This document shows, piece after piece, positions 25,652 through 35,984 of a stretch of 64,000 nucleotides of DNA. The notes beneath the pieces are model-generated. The model was not told where the DNA came from, ran no database searches, and was given only the letters and a program-made list of their open reading frames with translations. Location of the stretch: IMG/VR virus record IMGVR_UViG_3300013800_000007, positions 5,124-69,123 of that record. The stretch is one strand, 5' to 3'. The position numbers and the translations under genes were made by a program. The DNA comes from a virus. Lineage: Duplodnaviria; Caudoviricetes. The first letter of the stretch is position 1, and each line of letters starts with the position of its first letter.

Positions 25652-26647
25652 ATGAGCCGCCAATTCAAGCCTGAGATCGAGGCCGCGATCCGCCAGGCGG
25701 CAGAGCGGCACGGCATCCCGGTCGAGACGTTGCGCACATTCGCACGCATCGAGAGCGGCGGAGATCCGCGGAACATAACGGGCTCATACAAGGGCCTGTT
25801 CCAGCTATCCAATGGCGAATTCTCAAAGCACGGCGGGTCGGGTGACATCTTCGACCCGGTGGCCAACGCTAACGCCGCAGCGGCCAAACTAAAAGCTGAG
25901 TCCGCAGACTTTGAGCGCAAGCACGGCCGTGCGCCGGCCGCCTCCGACTTGTATATGGTCCATCAGCAGGGTGCTGGTGGCTACGCCGCGCACATGGCAA
26001 ACCCGTCGGCGCCGGCCTGGCGGAACATGGCCTCCACCGCCGAGGGCCGACAGAAGGGCGAGGGCTGGTCGAAAGCGGCAATATGGGGCAACGTCCCAGA
26101 CCAGCTAAAGGCGAAGTTCGGCAGCGTCGACAACATGACGTCGAAGGATTTCGTCGACATGTGGGCGTCCAAAGTCGGCGGTGGAGCTGCGGTCACTCCC
26201 GCGACGGGGCCCGGATCCGTACCGACGTCCAATCCGGCTGCGAACCCAGACACTCCGGACGCCTACGCGACCCCGGGATCGGCCACCCAGCAGCAGGCCC
26301 TCCTGGAGGCGCTCAAGAGGGGCCCTGAGGGCACGCCAGACACGCCAGACGCCTATCTCACCCCTGGGTCGGCAACGCAGCAGCAAGCCATCCTCGAGGC
26401 CCTCAGGCAGCCCCAGGCGGCTCCGCAGCCGACTCCGGAGCCTGCGGCACCACCTTCCCCCGCAAAGCCGAGCAACAGCCCTGGAAACCTCCTGGCGGCC
26501 GCCCTATCTAAGATGGGTGACGCAGCCGGCCAAGGCGCCCGCTCCGGATCCCCAGCCATTCCCCGCACCCAGGTAGAGCAGAACAAGGTTCTCTCCCCAG
26601 GAAGTGGCGGCGGCTTCTACTTCTTTGGCAAACGGGCCACATCATGA
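25652..26647 (+). CDS. ejection protein with lytic transglycosylase (SLT-like) domain
   Basis: AAERHGIP...ARIESGG...GLFQL...FDPVAN...HQQG; C-terminal duplicated DTPDAY.TPGSATQQQA motif. Confidence 0.85.
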   Translation: MSRQFKPEIEAAIRQAAERHGIPVETLRTFARIESGGDPRNITGSYKGLFQLSNGEFSKHGGSGDIFDPVANANAAAAKLKAESADFERKHGRAPAASDLYMVHQQGAGGYAAHMANPSAPAWRNMASTAEGRQKGEGWSKAAIWGNVPDQLKAKFGSVDNMTSKDFVDMWASKVGGGAAVTPATGPGSVPTSNPAANPDTPDAYATPGSATQQQALLEALKRGPEGTPDTPDAYLTPGSATQQQAILEALRQPQAAPQPTPEPAAPPSPAKPSNSPGNLLAAALSKMGDAAGQGARSGSPAIPRTQVEQNKVLSPGSGGGFYFFGKRATS

Positions 26648-28332
26648 AATCAATGTTCTTTTCGCCGGAGAGCCTGGTTGCGGCCATGCGTGGCGGCGCG
26701 CCAGCGGCGGCTCCAGTGCAAGCTCCGATCGTCCAATCGGCTCCACCCACATCATCCGGAATACCGGCTGAGCTCAACGTCATCTCTGACACCCCTGGCG
26801 CCTCGGCCTATGCCGATCGACTCATTGCGGCCGGCATGCGTCCCAATCAGACCGGATCGCCCTGGGAAGGTGTCGGTTCGCTCGCTCAGCTGGCGTCCGG
26901 CTACTACGGCAAAATGAAGGATGACGATCGCCAGAAAGAGCGCGACAACGCGCTCGCCGACTACATCTCAAAGCACAACCCGGAGCTGGCGCCGCTGTTT
27001 GCCGCTGGCGATGCTCAATCGCGTTCTCGCATGGTTGGAGACATGATCTCGTCTCAAGGCGATAAGCGCAAAGAGGAAGCGGCTCGCCGCAAGACGGCCG
27101 AGTTGGGCGAGGCCATGAAGGCCGCCATGAATCCTGATGGAACCGTCGACAATCAGAAACTTATTGAGGCTGCTCTCAGGAGTGGCAATCAAAAGCTCAT
27201 CGACACAGTCACCGATAACCTTACAAAAAAAACCAACGAGCGTGACAGCGCAGCTCACCGCGTGCGCGTCATGGCCGACGCGCTATCGCCTGGCGGGAGC
27301 TTTGAGGCACTCAAGAAATCTGACCCTGATAAGGCTGCGCAGGTTTGGCAACAGGCGAGCGGACTTGAGGCGAAGATCCCGCCAGAAATGATGCCTGGAG
27401 CGAACCAGCCAGGCAAGCATTTTGACGGCTACGAAAGCGCGAGAGACCTAACTGAGAGAAGAGAGCTTTTGGCTGCCTCTCGTAGGCGTCACGAGAAAAA
27501 CGACGCCGATATCCAGTCGAACTTCGCTGCTGCTCAACGTGGCAACCAGGCCCTCATGGTTGTCGAGGGCGTGCTCGCAAACGCAGGTTACACCGGCTTT
27601 GGCGGCAACGCTGTTACAGCCTTGAAAAAGATCGGGGCCGCAATTGGTATTGACGTCGAAAAGACAGCAAACAACGAGCTGATTGCAGCTGTGTCGAATG
27701 AACTCGCAAAAGGTGCGCGTGCTGGCTATCCCGGCTCTGTGTCGAACTTCGAAATGCAGACATACCTACGTTCTGTCGTTTCGAATGAGAACACGCCAGA
27801 AGCCAACAAGAAGATCATGGAGTTTCTCCGCCTGAACATGGGTGAGCAAATTGCTCGCGCACAAGATGCGGATGAATGGCGTGCATTGCGGATCAAGGAA
27901 GGCAAGCCGGCAATTCTCGCGGAAGGATTTGAAAGCTTCTATCGAGAGCGAGCGGCACAGCGCAAAGCTGAATTCGAAAAGAGGCGCGACGAGCTTCGCG
28001 CCGAGAAAGGCCTCAACGACCGCGGCGAGATGCAGTCTCGCGAGGAAAAACTTGAGATGCAGCGCAAGCGGTCGTCTGCCGCTGGCCCAGCGCCAGCAGG
28101 CACCGAGGCCACCGCCGAAGCGGCGCCGTCGCGTCAACAGGCTGGAGAGCCAATCGTTCGGTACGGCAGGGACGCCAACGGCGACACTATAAAATACCAG
28201 CTTGATGGCGGCGCCTGGAAAGAAGTTTCTCGCCAAGCTGCGGATGGTCGACCCGTCCCCGGCGGCATGACAAACGAGGGCGGCAGACTCAAGCCCAATC
28301 AGCAGATGCTGCGCGATCAGATGAAGTGGTGA
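26644..28332 (+). CDS. internal virion / DNA transfer protein
   Basis: 562 aa, helical; position in the ejection module. Confidence 0.7.
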   Translation: MKSMFFSPESLVAAMRGGAPAAAPVQAPIVQSAPPTSSGIPAELNVISDTPGASAYADRLIAAGMRPNQTGSPWEGVGSLAQLASGYYGKMKDDDRQKERDNALADYISKHNPELAPLFAAGDAQSRSRMVGDMISSQGDKRKEEAARRKTAELGEAMKAAMNPDGTVDNQKLIEAALRSGNQKLIDTVTDNLTKKTNERDSAAHRVRVMADALSPGGSFEALKKSDPDKAAQVWQQASGLEAKIPPEMMPGANQPGKHFDGYESARDLTERRELLAASRRRHEKNDADIQSNFAAAQRGNQALMVVEGVLANAGYTGFGGNAVTALKKIGAAIGIDVEKTANNELIAAVSNELAKGARAGYPGSVSNFEMQTYLRSVVSNENTPEANKKIMEFLRLNMGEQIARAQDADEWRALRIKEGKPAILAEGFESFYRERAAQRKAEFEKRRDELRAEKGLNDRGEMQSREEKLEMQRKRSSAAGPAPAGTEATAEAAPSRQQAGEPIVRYGRDANGDTIKYQLDGGAWKEVSRQAADGRPVPGGMTNEGGRLKPNQQMLRDQMKW

Positions 28333-28335
28333 TGA

Positions 28336-30342
28336 ATGGCAAAGCTTCCGCCGCTACCAAATGGCATTACGCCGATCGACGAAAGTGAAGTTGCGGCCAT
28401 GGCAGCGCCGGTGGCAGCCCCTGGCGGAACGCTGCCTCCACTTCCAGAGGGCGTTACGCAAATCGAAGCGCCGCAGCCCCAAGCACAAAGCTGGGGGGAC
28501 TATGTCGGCAACCTGGCGCGCGCAGCCATGGGCGGCGCCACCTTCAACTTTGGCGACGAGATCGAAGCGTTTGTCAGGTCGCGCATATCCGGCGGAGGTG
28601 ACTATGAGAAAGAGCTTGCTAGGATTCGCGATGAAATGGAGGACTTTCGCAAGTCTAATCCATGGTCGGCTGGCATCGCGGACCTCGCAGCTGGATTTCT
28701 CGTACCAGGCGGAGTTGCCGCTAAAGCTGCCCAAAAAGGCGCTGGCCTCATGGGCGCTGCGAAGGCTGGTGCAAAAACTGGCGCTGCGTTCGGCGCAGCA
28801 TCCGGCGTTGGGGCCGGCGAGGATCTCGACTCCCGATTGGTCGGCGGAGCAACTGGCCTTGCCGTTGGCGCCGGCATCGGAGCCGTTGCGACTCCACTGA
28901 TCGCTGGTGGTGTCGAGACCGCGAAAAAAGCATCAAGGTACGTTGCTTCCCGCATGGGGAATGAGGGCGCTCAGGCTGAGCGTGCTTTGGAGGCGTACGC
29001 CGGATCGCTGTCTCGTGACGCTCAGAATTTTAAGCCAGGAATGTCCAAGGCTGGCGCTCTCGCAGAGTATGCCGACGACATCGAGCGCGGCACTGCCGCA
29101 CACAGCGACACGCTTTACAATGTCGCTGGGCCGCACACTCAGGCCCTTGTTCAGGATGCTGCGGCAACTGGCAACAAGGCCTCAGCCTCAGCTCGTGAAT
29201 TCGTTGATGGAAATAGGGCCGCAAGGGAGTCCAGCGACCCAATGGCGCTCGAGGCGCTATCGCGTGGAGCGCCAGATTACGAAGTAATGAAGGGCCGCAT
29301 CACAGCCGATATGGAAAACTTGGCTGGGCCGGCCTACAAGTCTCTTTACGGTTTGCCTCCGGTATACTCGAAAGAGCTAAACAAAGTAATCAAGGAGATA
29401 CCCGCGGTTCGCCAAGCGTTCGCTGCCTCCGCCGCTGAGAAGCGCAAGAACACAGGTCGTGACGTTAAGTCTAGCGCAAGGTCTCTTGGTTTTTACTCTC
29501 CGGAGGAGATTGACCAGGCACAACGCAAACTTCGTGAGGCGGCGTCTAAGCGCTACAAAAGTGGCGACAAGGAGGCTGCTGACGACATCAATACTGCACG
29601 CGACCGGCTACTCGATGCATTTGATGATGCGTATCCAGAGGCTGGGGCTATCCGTCAGTCGTACTTTGAAGCGCAGGATGCCATGCGCCTCGGTGAGGCA
29701 GCTAGAAATGTAAATCCAAGCGTTGCCAATGAGGATATTCCAAAACTGATCAAGAAACTGCAGTCGGCAACTGGCGATGCCAAGGAGATCGGACTTTCCG
29801 GGTCGCAGGCGGCAGTCATTGATAAGTTAAATGTTATGACGCCAGAGGACGCCGCAAAGGTTGTAGTAAAAAATCGTCAACTGAGAGAGTTTCTGATTGG
29901 CGCATTCGGTCCCAATGCTGCAGGCGAAACGGCTGCATCTGCTCGACGCCTCGTGAAGACAGCGCAAGGCGAGAAGGCCCTCATGGACGCCGCCGAGAGC
30001 GGCGCCAAGAAGGGCCTCAACATCGATAACACGGACCTGGCTTCCGTGGCGGCCGACGTCACGGTCAGCAAGATGTTTGGCTACGTGCCGATCGTCACTG
30101 TCATCAATCGCTTTCGCAAGATGGGCGGACTCTCCGATGATGAGGCACGCCTGGTGGTCAAGGCGGCCACGAAAGCGAACATTCATGGTTCCTCGAGCAT
30201 GGCTGACCTCATGAAGGCCGTCAAAGCTGTCGACGAAAAAGCAGCCGAGAGACTCCAAAAGACTGTCGCCCGCACACTGCGTGCTGAGCAACTCGTAATC
30301 GATAAGCCCGGCGAGTATGCCGGTGAAAACAGAGGTAAGTAA
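28336..30342 (+). CDS. internal virion / DNA transfer protein
   Basis: GATFNFGDEIEA motif, Gly/Ala-rich membrane-active segment. Confidence 0.75.
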   Translation: MAKLPPLPNGITPIDESEVAAMAAPVAAPGGTLPPLPEGVTQIEAPQPQAQSWGDYVGNLARAAMGGATFNFGDEIEAFVRSRISGGGDYEKELARIRDEMEDFRKSNPWSAGIADLAAGFLVPGGVAAKAAQKGAGLMGAAKAGAKTGAAFGAASGVGAGEDLDSRLVGGATGLAVGAGIGAVATPLIAGGVETAKKASRYVASRMGNEGAQAERALEAYAGSLSRDAQNFKPGMSKAGALAEYADDIERGTAAHSDTLYNVAGPHTQALVQDAAATGNKASASAREFVDGNRAARESSDPMALEALSRGAPDYEVMKGRITADMENLAGPAYKSLYGLPPVYSKELNKVIKEIPAVRQAFAASAAEKRKNTGRDVKSSARSLGFYSPEEIDQAQRKLREAASKRYKSGDKEAADDINTARDRLLDAFDDAYPEAGAIRQSYFEAQDAMRLGEAARNVNPSVANEDIPKLIKKLQSATGDAKEIGLSGSQAAVIDKLNVMTPEDAAKVVVKNRQLREFLIGAFGPNAAGETAASARRLVKTAQGEKALMDAAESGAKKGLNIDNTDLASVAADVTVSKMFGYVPIVTVINRFRKMGGLSDDEARLVVKAATKANIHGSSSMADLMKAVKAVDEKAAERLQKTVARTLRAEQLVIDKPGEYAGENRGK

Positions 30343-30343
30343 T

Positions 30344-32458
30344 ATGCCCTGGGATGGCTCTGGTAGCTTCGACCTTCTGTATGACTTTTCTGATCTTCGT
30401 GACGAAGGTCCTCCGTCATCACTGATCGATGCCGATCAAATCGACGAAATGTTTGCCGACCTCGCGGCCGGCATTGCCTTGTCGATGCCGAGGAATGGTG
30501 AAGCCGCAGCAACCGCATTGCAAAACTTTGGCGGGTTTCGCCTTACCAATCTTGGTGACGGCACGGCCCAGACCGACGGCCTAACTGTGCGCCAGGCCGG
30601 CCGCGGGGCGATCGACTGGGCTGGAACGCTTGGTGGGTCTGCTACCGCCATGACCGCGACGGTCGCTCTCGGCCCGACGACGCTGGTCACGGGCACTCGA
30701 GTCCGCGGCATCGTTTCGGCAACCAACACCACGACGACGCCCACCCTTGCGTATAACTCAACGGCCGCAACCGTCATCAAGCGGTTTGACGGAAGCGCAC
30801 TCGAAATTGGTGATCTAAAGACCGGCAACTATGTCGAGTACGTCTACAACGGGACGAACTGGCTCGTGCTATCGAAGCACGTGTCGGAGACTCGCGGGCG
30901 CCCGGTCTACTACACCGCCGACGCAACCTACAACGCCGGCACAAAACAGTACACTATGAACATCCCGGCGGCGCAGGAGTGCAATAAGCTCCGCACTGGC
31001 GATAGCATCATCTTCTTGTGCCCAGCAAACAACGGAACGCCCGTAACGGCGCTCGTTGGTTCCGACACGATTGAGATGGTCGACGAGACTGGAACCACTC
31101 TCGACGCGAACGCGCTGCAGAGCGGATCGACGTATCTGTTCATTTTTGACGGAACCGACCTTCGTGCCGTTACGCTGGCTCAGGCTGGCGGCGGCGGAGG
31201 GGGAGATCTCGCCGACCTGAATGACGTCGACCTGACCGGCATCGCAGACGGCGACAGCTTGTACTATGATGCCGGAACGTGGCGCGCCGGCACATTCGTG
31301 CTTCTTTCCACCGCCGCAAGTGCGATCGGTGACACGATTGTTTGGGACGGCACTGACTGGACTCCAGTTGCGAAGGCCTCGTCTGACTTCCTGCTCAAGA
31401 CTGGCGGGACGATGTCCGGCACCTTGGTCGGCACAACGTTCAATGCGTCGACCGCCTACATCTTGAAGGATGTCACGACTCCAGCGAATACCATCACGGC
31501 ATCCGCTGATGGCGACGAGTATCGCGTCACAGGTAGTGTGGCCGGTCGTCTGATGACTCTTGCTCAAGACCGCTCAGCGCAGACGTTGGTTGACTCCGCT
31601 GGAAACGCACGACAGATCGTTCACGCCGGAAACTTCAACACGTACGGCGACGCGCGCTACGCCGAACTGTCCGGAGACACGTTTACCGGCGCCATTGCGG
31701 CTCCGTATGTAACCGTCACAGGAGCAACAGGCGCCTTCATCTTTGGTGACCGCGGCAACGCAGCAAAGAGCGGAACGCTGTATGGCCACTCAGACGGCAC
31801 GATCGCCATCCTTGGAAGTGTTGCTGGGTCCGACCTTATCCGCCTCTCTCAGGATCGCTCTGCTCAAACTGTGCAGGACAGCGGCGGAACACAGCGCCAG
31901 ATCTGGCATGATGGCAACATCAACTCCGCGCGCGCACGCACGATCGTTGATGCAATCCAGGCCGACGCGACCGCACTTAACGACTTGAAAACAACAGCCC
32001 TCATCACCGTCGATGGAACGTACCTCAACGGCGATGGCAGCTCTGGATCATCTCTATCTGTGGATGCTTCGGCCCTACAGTCTCTACATCAGACGGCCTT
32101 CGACTCAAGATACTCATTGACGTCGCACACGCACAGCAACGCATCGAGTGGCGCTGCCGGGTTTATGTCTGCGTCAGATAAGTCGAAGCTGGATGGAATT
32201 GCGAGTGGCGCCACGGTTGGCGTGTCTGTTGCGCAAATGTGGGGCACAGGCGTCGGAGCAATTCTTGCGTCAGCGTCAGTGATCACTTCTGGAAGCACAA
32301 GTCGCGGCGCGTCCTACACGTGCTCAGTAGCGAATGTTCTAACCGTTGGTGGGACTTCGGTGTTTGTGAATGATGCTCAAGTGGACGGCGTCTATTGTTG
32401 TCTGACAGGCTCGAGCAATACCTCGGCAGGGACGCTAATTTTTGTTCGCACGGCATAA
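30344..32458 (+). CDS. second tail fibre / tailspike protein
   Basis: MPWDGSG N-terminus; Thr/Gly/Ala-rich; duplicated GSVAG..QDRSAQT module. Confidence 0.75.
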   Translation: MPWDGSGSFDLLYDFSDLRDEGPPSSLIDADQIDEMFADLAAGIALSMPRNGEAAATALQNFGGFRLTNLGDGTAQTDGLTVRQAGRGAIDWAGTLGGSATAMTATVALGPTTLVTGTRVRGIVSATNTTTTPTLAYNSTAATVIKRFDGSALEIGDLKTGNYVEYVYNGTNWLVLSKHVSETRGRPVYYTADATYNAGTKQYTMNIPAAQECNKLRTGDSIIFLCPANNGTPVTALVGSDTIEMVDETGTTLDANALQSGSTYLFIFDGTDLRAVTLAQAGGGGGGDLADLNDVDLTGIADGDSLYYDAGTWRAGTFVLLSTAASAIGDTIVWDGTDWTPVAKASSDFLLKTGGTMSGTLVGTTFNASTAYILKDVTTPANTITASADGDEYRVTGSVAGRLMTLAQDRSAQTLVDSAGNARQIVHAGNFNTYGDARYAELSGDTFTGAIAAPYVTVTGATGAFIFGDRGNAAKSGTLYGHSDGTIAILGSVAGSDLIRLSQDRSAQTVQDSGGTQRQIWHDGNINSARARTIVDAIQADATALNDLKTTALITVDGTYLNGDGSSGSSLSVDASALQSLHQTAFDSRYSLTSHTHSNASSGAAGFMSASDKSKLDGIASGATVGVSVAQMWGTGVGAILASASVITSGSTSRGASYTCSVANVLTVGGTSVFVNDAQVDGVYCCLTGSSNTSAGTLIFVRTA

Positions 32459-32469
32459 GCGGGCGCATC

Positions 32470-33006
32470 ATGAGTACGGTCGAATCTATCATAGATGATA
32501 TTATCAAACGCGAAGGCCGCGTTTATGAGAATGTCGCTCACGACAAGGGTGGCCCGACAAAGTTCGGGATCACCCTTGATCGCCTGCGCACGGAGCGCGG
32601 CCGGCACATCACATGGGAGAACGTGCGCGACCTCACCGAGAAAGAGGCGCGCGCAATCTACTTGGATGCCTACTATCACCGTCCAGGCATCGACAAGCTG
32701 CCGGTCGAGATGCAATCGCCGGTCATGGATTGGTACGTGACCAGCGGGACCTGGGCGATCAAGGGACTGCAAAACCTCCTCCGCGACATCGGATTCGACG
32801 TGCCCGTGGACGGGTCCCTCGGCGCCGACGACTACGAGGCAACCGAGAACGCGCTTGAGGCGATGGGTGCCGACCTGGTCAGCGCCTATGCCGTCGAGCG
32901 CACGCACTTTTTCGGGCGGATCGTCGCCAACAACGCCAGCCAGGGCAAGTTCCTTCGCGGCTGGATCAACAAGCGGTCTCGGCCGTACTTCAAGGGGGGC
33001 GCCTGA
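32470..33006 (+). CDS. endolysin, glycoside hydrolase family 108 with PG-binding domain
   Basis: IIKREG.VYENVAHDKGGPTKFGIT; C-terminal FLRGWINKR. Confidence 0.9.
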   Translation: MSTVESIIDDIIKREGRVYENVAHDKGGPTKFGITLDRLRTERGRHITWENVRDLTEKEARAIYLDAYYHRPGIDKLPVEMQSPVMDWYVTSGTWAIKGLQNLLRDIGFDVPVDGSLGADDYEATENALEAMGADLVSAYAVERTHFFGRIVANNASQGKFLRGWINKRSRPYFKGGA

Positions 33007-33701
33007 TGTGGCCCATTCTTGCCGGATTGGGCGGCCTGGTGAAGGTCTTGCTGCCCAGCATTACTGACCTCGGCCGCGTCGCGCTCGAGCAGCGCGGAGC
33101 GGCTCAAACGAACGCGCATGACGAGAACAAGGCAGCGCAGGACGCCTTCGCCCGTGAGTTCTCTTACGGCGCTCAGAACAGGACATGGTTTGACTCCGCG
33201 ATCGACGGCCTGAACCGTATGCCCCGGCCGCTCATGGCGCTGGGTTGCATATGGATCTTTGTATATGCCGCCTACGACCCGGCTCGGTTCGCGATCATGA
33301 TGCAAGCCATGTCCGGCGTGCCGACACCGCTCTGGTCGCTCCTGACCATCATTGTGTCGTTTTTCTTCGTTTCTCGAGGCCTGGAGAAAGTGTCGATAGG
33401 CCGGGTAACGGTCAAGGAAGCGAAACAGGCCGCGGAGACCGCCAAGGACGTCGCCCAGGCCCAGCGCGAGCTTGATGCTGAAAGGTCCCGGCCGGTCGAG
33501 GATGAGGCTCCTGTGCCCGCTGTGGGGCTCCTGAGCGCCAACATGGCGCTCAAGGATCCGTTGCTCGCCCTGGCCGGCTTTGGACCCGGGGAGCTCACCA
33601 AGGAAGGCTACACCGGCAAGCTGCCGATCAGCCGGGCCGCGGGCTGGAGAAATCCGATTTGTCTGCGGTATCGAGTTGCAGACACACAAGAAGCGGCATA
33701 A
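33006..33701 (+). CDS. holin (3-TM, GTA-type family)
   Basis: FAREF..WFDSAIDGLNRMPRP..DP..F..VPTPLW motifs; adjacent to the endolysin. Confidence 0.8.
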   Translation: MWPILAGLGGLVKVLLPSITDLGRVALEQRGAAQTNAHDENKAAQDAFAREFSYGAQNRTWFDSAIDGLNRMPRPLMALGCIWIFVYAAYDPARFAIMMQAMSGVPTPLWSLLTIIVSFFFVSRGLEKVSIGRVTVKEAKQAAETAKDVAQAQRELDAERSRPVEDEAPVPAVGLLSANMALKDPLLALAGFGPGELTKEGYTGKLPISRAAGWRNPICLRYRVADTQEAA

Positions 33702-33720
33702 GCCGCACCGGCAACACACT

Positions 33721-33751
33721 GGCCTCACCCTAGCGGGTGGGGCCTTTTTCA
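33721..33751 (+). terminator. intrinsic terminator between convergent operons
   Basis: GGCCTCACCC-TAGC-GGGTGGGGCC-TTTTT. Confidence 0.85.
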
Positions 33752-35145
33752 TTTAAGAGACCAAGGTCCGCGAGCAGGTCTAGCGCGGCCAGCCTCGGCG
33801 CGTCGCTGATCAAACGGTTGACGCTCCATAGGACGAACTCGCAATTCTCCGGCGTATAGTCTTTGCCTGCATCGATGCGGTTGGGGCTTGGCGCGTACGG
33901 GTTGCTTGACCCAAATCCGGTCGAGGCCTGGAACGGACGACCCGTCAGGGCACACCTGTACCCCTGGCGCTTGAGGATCTCCGCCGCCACCTCTGGCGAC
34001 AGATTCCACTTCACTTTCGACTTCGTCTTCTTGACCGTTCTTTCGCCGCCATTCGCTCGTGATCTGGCTGCAATGCCTCGCGAGATGGCCTCCCGCGCAA
34101 CCTCGACGTCGGTCATGATCCGCTTTGTAATCGATCGAGCATCTTTTGCGATGCGGCGCTCCGTGGCGCGGCGGACCTGACGTGACGGCTTGGGGGCCGC
34201 CTCGGCGCGGTCGAAGGCTGCTTGGCGAGAAGCGACATACTCGTCGAGTGACGGCGTAGGTGGAAGCGGTCGCTCCGCGACGACAGGAGCGGCTTCCGGC
34301 TCGACAATGGGTTGTGGCTTGCCAGATTTTTTAGCGAGTGCGCGGAGCGTTGCTTCCCTTGCAAGACGGCGGATTTCTTCTATTGGTAGTAGTTTGCGGG
34401 CGGCAATGTCGGCAACTTGCAGAGTCCTGCCACCCTCCATAATTCCGACGTCGTGACGCGACGTAGAGCCGATGCATGCGCCATAAATGGTCCCCCTAAA
34501 TTTGTGCCGCCTAAAATGCGTCGCGTCGTGCTCCTCTTGACATGTTGAGCACCACGCGACTCCGCGCGACTTTCTGTCGGCGCGAATGCGCACCGCCCTT
34601 TCAGACTCGTCACGCCTGGTCCTGCGCTCCTCCAGAGTGAGATGACGAAAATTACTTTCCACTTGCATGTTTGCGCCGCAGCAGCCGTCGCACCCTGACT
34701 TTGAACTGACAAGCTCGATTCTCGTCTTCGCGTCTCCATGCCTGCTGTGCGGCCTCACCTCCTGACAACACTTGCACATCTTCACGATTGGATGCGCGCG
34801 CCAGTCGAAAGCGCTCTCAGCCGAGACCCTCTCCGGCCGATGTGTCGACGGATCCCAGGCGCCGAGAGCCTCTTTTGCGCGGATCCTGTCTATTGCCACG
34901 TTGGCAAGTCTCTGCACCTCGCCGATTGGCTTGCCTGCACGCTTCGCCTTCTGCGGAGGAGATGAGCCCGATGAACATGAGCGACAGCAATTATGAATAT
35001 ATTCGCCGCGAGCTCCGTTTCGCTCAGTCTGCACCTTCTTGGTGAATGCCCATAGCGGACGTCGGACCTCGCAGCAGCTGCACCGGCGCAATTCTTCAAT
35101 AATTTCACCGTCCAACATTCTTCTGCCCCCTCGCGCCATTCTCAA
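33730..35145 (-). CDS. multi-Zn-finger protein with C-terminal HNH-like endonuclease domain
   Basis: Several CxxC pairs; CALTGRPF..APSPNRIDAGKDYTPENCEFV. Confidence 0.7.
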   Translation of the reverse strand: MRMARGGRRMLDGEIIEELRRCSCCEVRRPLWAFTKKVQTERNGARGEYIHNCCRSCSSGSSPPQKAKRAGKPIGEVQRLANVAIDRIRAKEALGAWDPSTHRPERVSAESAFDWRAHPIVKMCKCCQEVRPHSRHGDAKTRIELVSSKSGCDGCCGANMQVESNFRHLTLEERRTRRDESERAVRIRADRKSRGVAWCSTCQEEHDATHFRRHKFRGTIYGACIGSTSRHDVGIMEGGRTLQVADIAARKLLPIEEIRRLAREATLRALAKKSGKPQPIVEPEAAPVVAERPLPPTPSLDEYVASRQAAFDRAEAAPKPSRQVRRATERRIAKDARSITKRIMTDVEVAREAISRGIAARSRANGGERTVKKTKSKVKWNLSPEVAAEILKRQGYRCALTGRPFQASTGFGSSNPYAPSPNRIDAGKDYTPENCEFVLWSVNRLISDAPRLAALDLLADLGLLNEKGPTR

Positions 35146-35737
35146 TCCGCACGGCAGACCCAGCGCTGATCTTCTTGTGCTCGTTGCGCGCGATCACGCG
35201 ACAATTGTCCTCGGTGTAGTGGCCGCTCTGATCGATCATGGCGATGTACGGCACTAGGGCCGATCGACCATGCAGCGACACGCGATAGCGGCGCTTGGTG
35301 ATCTCACACTTCCGCCGCTCGAGTCGCTCGATGACCCAAAGCCAATCGAGCGAGACCGTCTTTCGCGTCCTCTTTGCGCGTTTGCGCACATCATTGAGAA
35401 GTTGAAACGCGCGAACCTCCTCCCTCGTCAGCTTCGGAGGATCCTGATCGAAATCGACGCCCTTCTCGCTAAACATGAGGGGAGTGCATGAGATGCAGAA
35501 TTTGTCGTCGTCATAGTCGAAGTCTGGCTTCGAAGATGTCTGACATCCGCCGCATGCGCGCTTTTTGGCGTGATACTTCTCTTTCGCCTTGGCCTTGCAG
35601 TCGCGACACATCAGCGACAGTCCGTCAGCGTGACGCTTGTCCTTGGTGAAGTTATCGAGCGCCCTGTTTTTCTTGCACGTGCAGCAGAGCTTGCGCTCGA
35701 CGCGACGCGACGAGGTTTCAGTTGAAGGGGACGTCAT
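35105..35737 (-). CDS. degenerate HNH-like endonuclease
   Basis: CCTCK..F.KD..DGL..CRDC N-terminus; CEITK..PYIAMIDQSGHYTEDNCRVI. Confidence 0.65.
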   Translation of the reverse strand: MTSPSTETSSRRVERKLCCTCKKNRALDNFTKDKRHADGLSLMCRDCKAKAKEKYHAKKRACGGCQTSSKPDFDYDDDKFCISCTPLMFSEKGVDFDQDPPKLTREEVRAFQLLNDVRKRAKRTRKTVSLDWLWVIERLERRKCEITKRRYRVSLHGRSALVPYIAMIDQSGHYTEDNCRVIARNEHKKISAGSAVRIENGARGQKNVGR

Positions 35738-35984
35738 CGATACCTCTCATGATGCGTTTGATCTCTGCTGATGTGGCTTTTTCACAAGCGGCGACGCCGT
35801 TTGTCAGCATTACCCACACGAAGTGACGCCATTGGTCTCGAGTCCAGCCGGCCATGTCGGCGCCGTGCTGATCGAGAAACTCACCACCGGCCTTACAGGC
35901 GGCCTCTAGCGCCTCAGCGCCAAATCGATTCATGTCGATGCGCATGTCGGCGACCTCTAGGTATTGTTCAGAGTATTGACTCAT
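35718..35984 (-). CDS. hypothetical protein (DUF6511-like)
   Basis: Short helical protein ending DVPF, downstream of the helicase. Confidence 0.55.
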   Translation of the reverse strand: MSQYSEQYLEVADMRIDMNRFGAEALEAACKAGGEFLDQHGADMAGWTRDQWRHFVWVMLTNGVAACEKATSAEIKRIMRGIDDVPFN

